Below, piece by piece: positions 62,056 to 64,000 of a stretch of 64,000 bases of DNA. How positions within the stretch are numbered: the first letter of the stretch is position 1; every line of letters begins with the position of its first letter. Origin of the DNA: a virus; IMG/VR virus record IMGVR_UViG_3300045988_132810, positions 1 through 64,000 of that record. One strand, written 5' to 3'. Position numbers and translations under genes: made by a program. The notes under the pieces are model-generated. The model made no database searches. It was not told the DNA's origin and was given only the letters and a program-made list of their open reading frames with translations.

Positions 62056-64000
62056 ATCTAACACGATTATAAAGCTTTTTATTGATATTTTTCATATAAT
62101 TGTCCATCTGGTCTTGCACCGCCTTGGTAATGTTCTGGATGGAACTATTATCTGCTCTGTCAATATGGACAACCTCTCCGACTTGGAGGTTCAACTCAAG
62201 ATTGTTGTTAATAACATGAGGCGCACTAACAACAGGTCTAGATTGCTCTAGAACACTAGATGGATCTAGTTTGCCCCATTCCATAAGTCTTTCTGTTAGG
62301 TCTGCAGGAATAATTCCTGTTCCTTTCTTAATATAAGAAAGCCTACCTGCACCGTCTGGAACAAGCTGCAACTCTTCACCAAGCTCGTCAAGGAATGCGA
62401 ACTGGTCTTTATCAATTGATTTAGCTCCACTACTGTAACCCTCTATGTCGCTCAGACGCACCCAGCCAGTGTAGCCACCATTTCTGCCAATGAGAACTTC
62501 CGAGTCGGTTGCCTGATAAACTGTAAATGTAGATCCCGGCACCCAAGACTGCATTCTTGTTCCGTTTCCACCATCTCTAGAGAAGTGAGTCGCTGAACTC
62601 TTAACAGTTACAGATGACCCCTTAGTTGGGGCTGCTGGAGTGGATGGCTCAGTAGCTGGTGATTGCTGCGGCGTCGAAGGAGTTGGCGGAGTATACTTCG
62701 CGCTCTCAGTCGAATTCTTCTTGCTATTTGTGGCCTTAATTATGCTATCTGCGGTCTTATCAGCCTCAACTTGTAAATCTACAAGCTCTTGTTTTAATGC
62801 GCGTAATTGCTCAGTAAATGCGCTCGCAGAAGTGTCTAATTGCTCCTGATAAGTACCAATGGCATCTACGCCTTCCAGCCAAGGCTTAGTTACAGAATCA
62901 GAAAGAGTGATTCCATACTTGTCGGCTATTTCAGATAGGTTTTGTGCTAATGAATCTGTATTCGCAGCGATAACAGCATAGCTATCTTGAATGACTTGGT
63001 TCTCATTCTTAAGCGATTCATCAAGCGCATCCATTTCGTCTTGCTTGTTGTCTTGATAATTCTCAAGAGACTTGTCAAGGGCTTCTTGCTGCTTTTCAAT
63101 ACTATGGTCATAATACAGGTCGTTTAACTCGTCTTGCGCTTGCTTCAGTTCGGCTTCTAATTTTTTCTTCTGCGCAATTGCGGAAGCTGAATTGTCGCCA
63201 GAAATTACTGCAAGCCTCTTCTGAATGTCTGCAATATTCTTCTGCTGCTCGGCAACTTGCTTCGCAAAGTCATTTGCATCTTTTTGGAGGCTAAGTTCCT
63301 CTTTCTTTTTATCTATAAGCTTCGAAAGAGCGTCTATCTCCGCCTGCATAGATGTTTTGACACTTTCTATACGAGTCTTATTCAGATCAATAATAGACTT
63401 CTTCGCGGATTCTTGCGCCTCAATTGCGTCCCATTGATTCTCTTTAAGCTCGGCAAGCTTTTCGTTATACTCATCTGTGCTATAAAGCCCAGCGGAATAA
63501 TCTTTCTCCAGACGTGCAATCGCTTCGCCGTATTGCTCAACTTTAAAGTTTGCAACTTCTAGCTGCTGTGCAAGTAGACCAAGAGCAGTCACGCCATCTT
63601 TAGTCCAATTGCCAAATTCGTCTACTACTTTTTCTTCGTCAGAAACCAAGTTATACAAATGAGAAAGCTCAGAATCAACATTATCAATTTTGCTAATTAA
63701 CTTGTCAAGATTATCCCAGTAAAGGTCATTAATACTATTCTGGAAGCCTTCGATATCTTTCTTACATGAAAGGATTGAGTCGTCAACGTCATAAATGGCG
63801 TTAACCATTTCGTACCAATCATCAGTTCCAACTCTAACATCTCCAGAAGCGACAGCTTGATCTAGGATACTTTGTAGTGAAGCACGCTTATTATTTAGGT
63901 CTTCAATTTGCTTCTGAGAGTCTTTCATTAATTCCTTATAGAAGTTTTCAGAAAGTCTTTCTCCCGCTTCGTCAAGAAGATCCATCTCGGCCTGAATGAG
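62054..64000 (-). CDS. tail tape measure protein, N-terminally truncated by the window edge
   Basis: Reading frame stays open to position 64000; long coiled coil, a P/T/S linker, an SH3-like insert (WVPGSTFTVYQATDSEVLIGRNGGYTGWVRLSDIEGY) and a conserved C-terminal block. Confidence 0.75.
   Translation of the reverse strand, partial: LIQAEMDLLDEAGERLSENFYKELMKDSQKQIEDLNNKRASLQSILDQAVASGDVRVGTDDWYEMVNAIYDVDDSILSCKKDIEGFQNSINDLYWDNLDKLISKIDNVDSELSHLYNLVSDEEKVVDEFGNWTKDGVTALGLLAQQLEVANFKVEQYGEAIARLEKDYSAGLYSTDEYNEKLAELKENQWDAIEAQESAKKSIIDLNKTRIESVKTSMQAEIDALSKLIDKKKEELSLQKDANDFAKQVAEQQKNIADIQKRLAVISGDNSASAIAQKKKLEAELKQAQDELNDLYYDHSIEKQQEALDKSLENYQDNKQDEMDALDESLKNENQVIQDSYAVIAANTDSLAQNLSEIADKYGITLSDSVTKPWLEGVDAIGTYQEQLDTSASAFTEQLRALKQELVDLQVEADKTADSIIKATNSKKNSTESAKYTPPTPSTPQQSPATEPSTPAAPTKGSSVTVKSSATHFSRDGGNGTRMQSWVPGSTFTVYQATDSEVLIGRNGGYTGWVRLSDIEGYSSGAKSIDKDQFAFLDELGEELQLVPDGAGRLSYIKKGTGIIPADLTERLMEWGKLDPSSVLEQSRPVVSAPHVINNNLELNLQVGEVVHIDRADNSSIQNITKAVQDQMDNYMKNINKKLYNRVR

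Noticed and set aside
1-64000. Genome-wide UGA (code 4) or UAG recoding as the explanation for the in-frame TGA in the GIY-YIG gene
   Set aside because: Many genes end naturally at TGA (for example, the SSB-like protein ends in its acidic tip ..DEDVPW-TGA). Long late genes are uninterrupted under the standard code. No tRNA with a UCA, CUA or UUA anticodon in a normal 7-nt loop was found in the array.

Overview
AT-rich, tightly packed bacteriophage or prophage DNA with Firmicutes/Clostridia-style signals (AGGAGG ribosome-binding sites, TTGACA-17-TATAAT promoters with TGn extensions, a SleB-type cell-wall hydrolase). Positions 1-53390 are almost entirely plus-strand early, replication and nucleotide-metabolism genes. 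Recognisable products are a tyrosine recombinase, an SSB-like protein, a Sak4-like ATPase, a DnaB-like helicase, a primase, a RecJ-like nuclease, LigA, a RecD-like helicase, intron-split DnaE, intron-split NrdD plus NrdG, dUTPase, dCMP deaminase, a nucleobase permease and kinases. Positions 12.7-16.9 kb hold a dense tRNA array mixed with non-canonical tRNA-like and other structured RNAs. Positions 18.9-23.2 kb carry an RNA-repair-type cluster (cysteine desulfurase, DRB0094/Rnl5-type RNA ligase, Pol-beta nucleotidyltransferase, P-loop kinase fused to an HD domain), and a Thg1-like tRNA 5'-end enzyme lies at 30.6 kb. Positions 51.2-53.4 kb form an integrase/excisionase-like cassette with arm-type repeats. 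Positions 53.4-64.0 kb are a minus-strand siphovirus-type tail module (tape measure truncated at the window edge, Dit, a 1701-aa Tal with tandem repeats, and a fibre with an S74 chaperone domain). The main observations are as follows. (1) Three group I introns, one splitting a tRNA-Leu(UAA) gene at the anticodon and carrying an HNH ORF. (2) Two homologous structured RNAs that start directly after tRNA CCA ends and themselves end in NCCA, supported by compensatory base changes. (3) tRNAs with atypical T-loops, duplicated isoacceptors, and tRNA-like genes whose anticodon arm is replaced by larger, possibly pseudoknotted, inserts. (4) A 16-nt motif CAATACAAAATTAT(A/T)G present about 25 times in intergenic positions. 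(5) Five homing-endonuclease-type genes, one with a single in-frame TGA. All calls come from reading the sequence and ORF track by eye; no searches were run.
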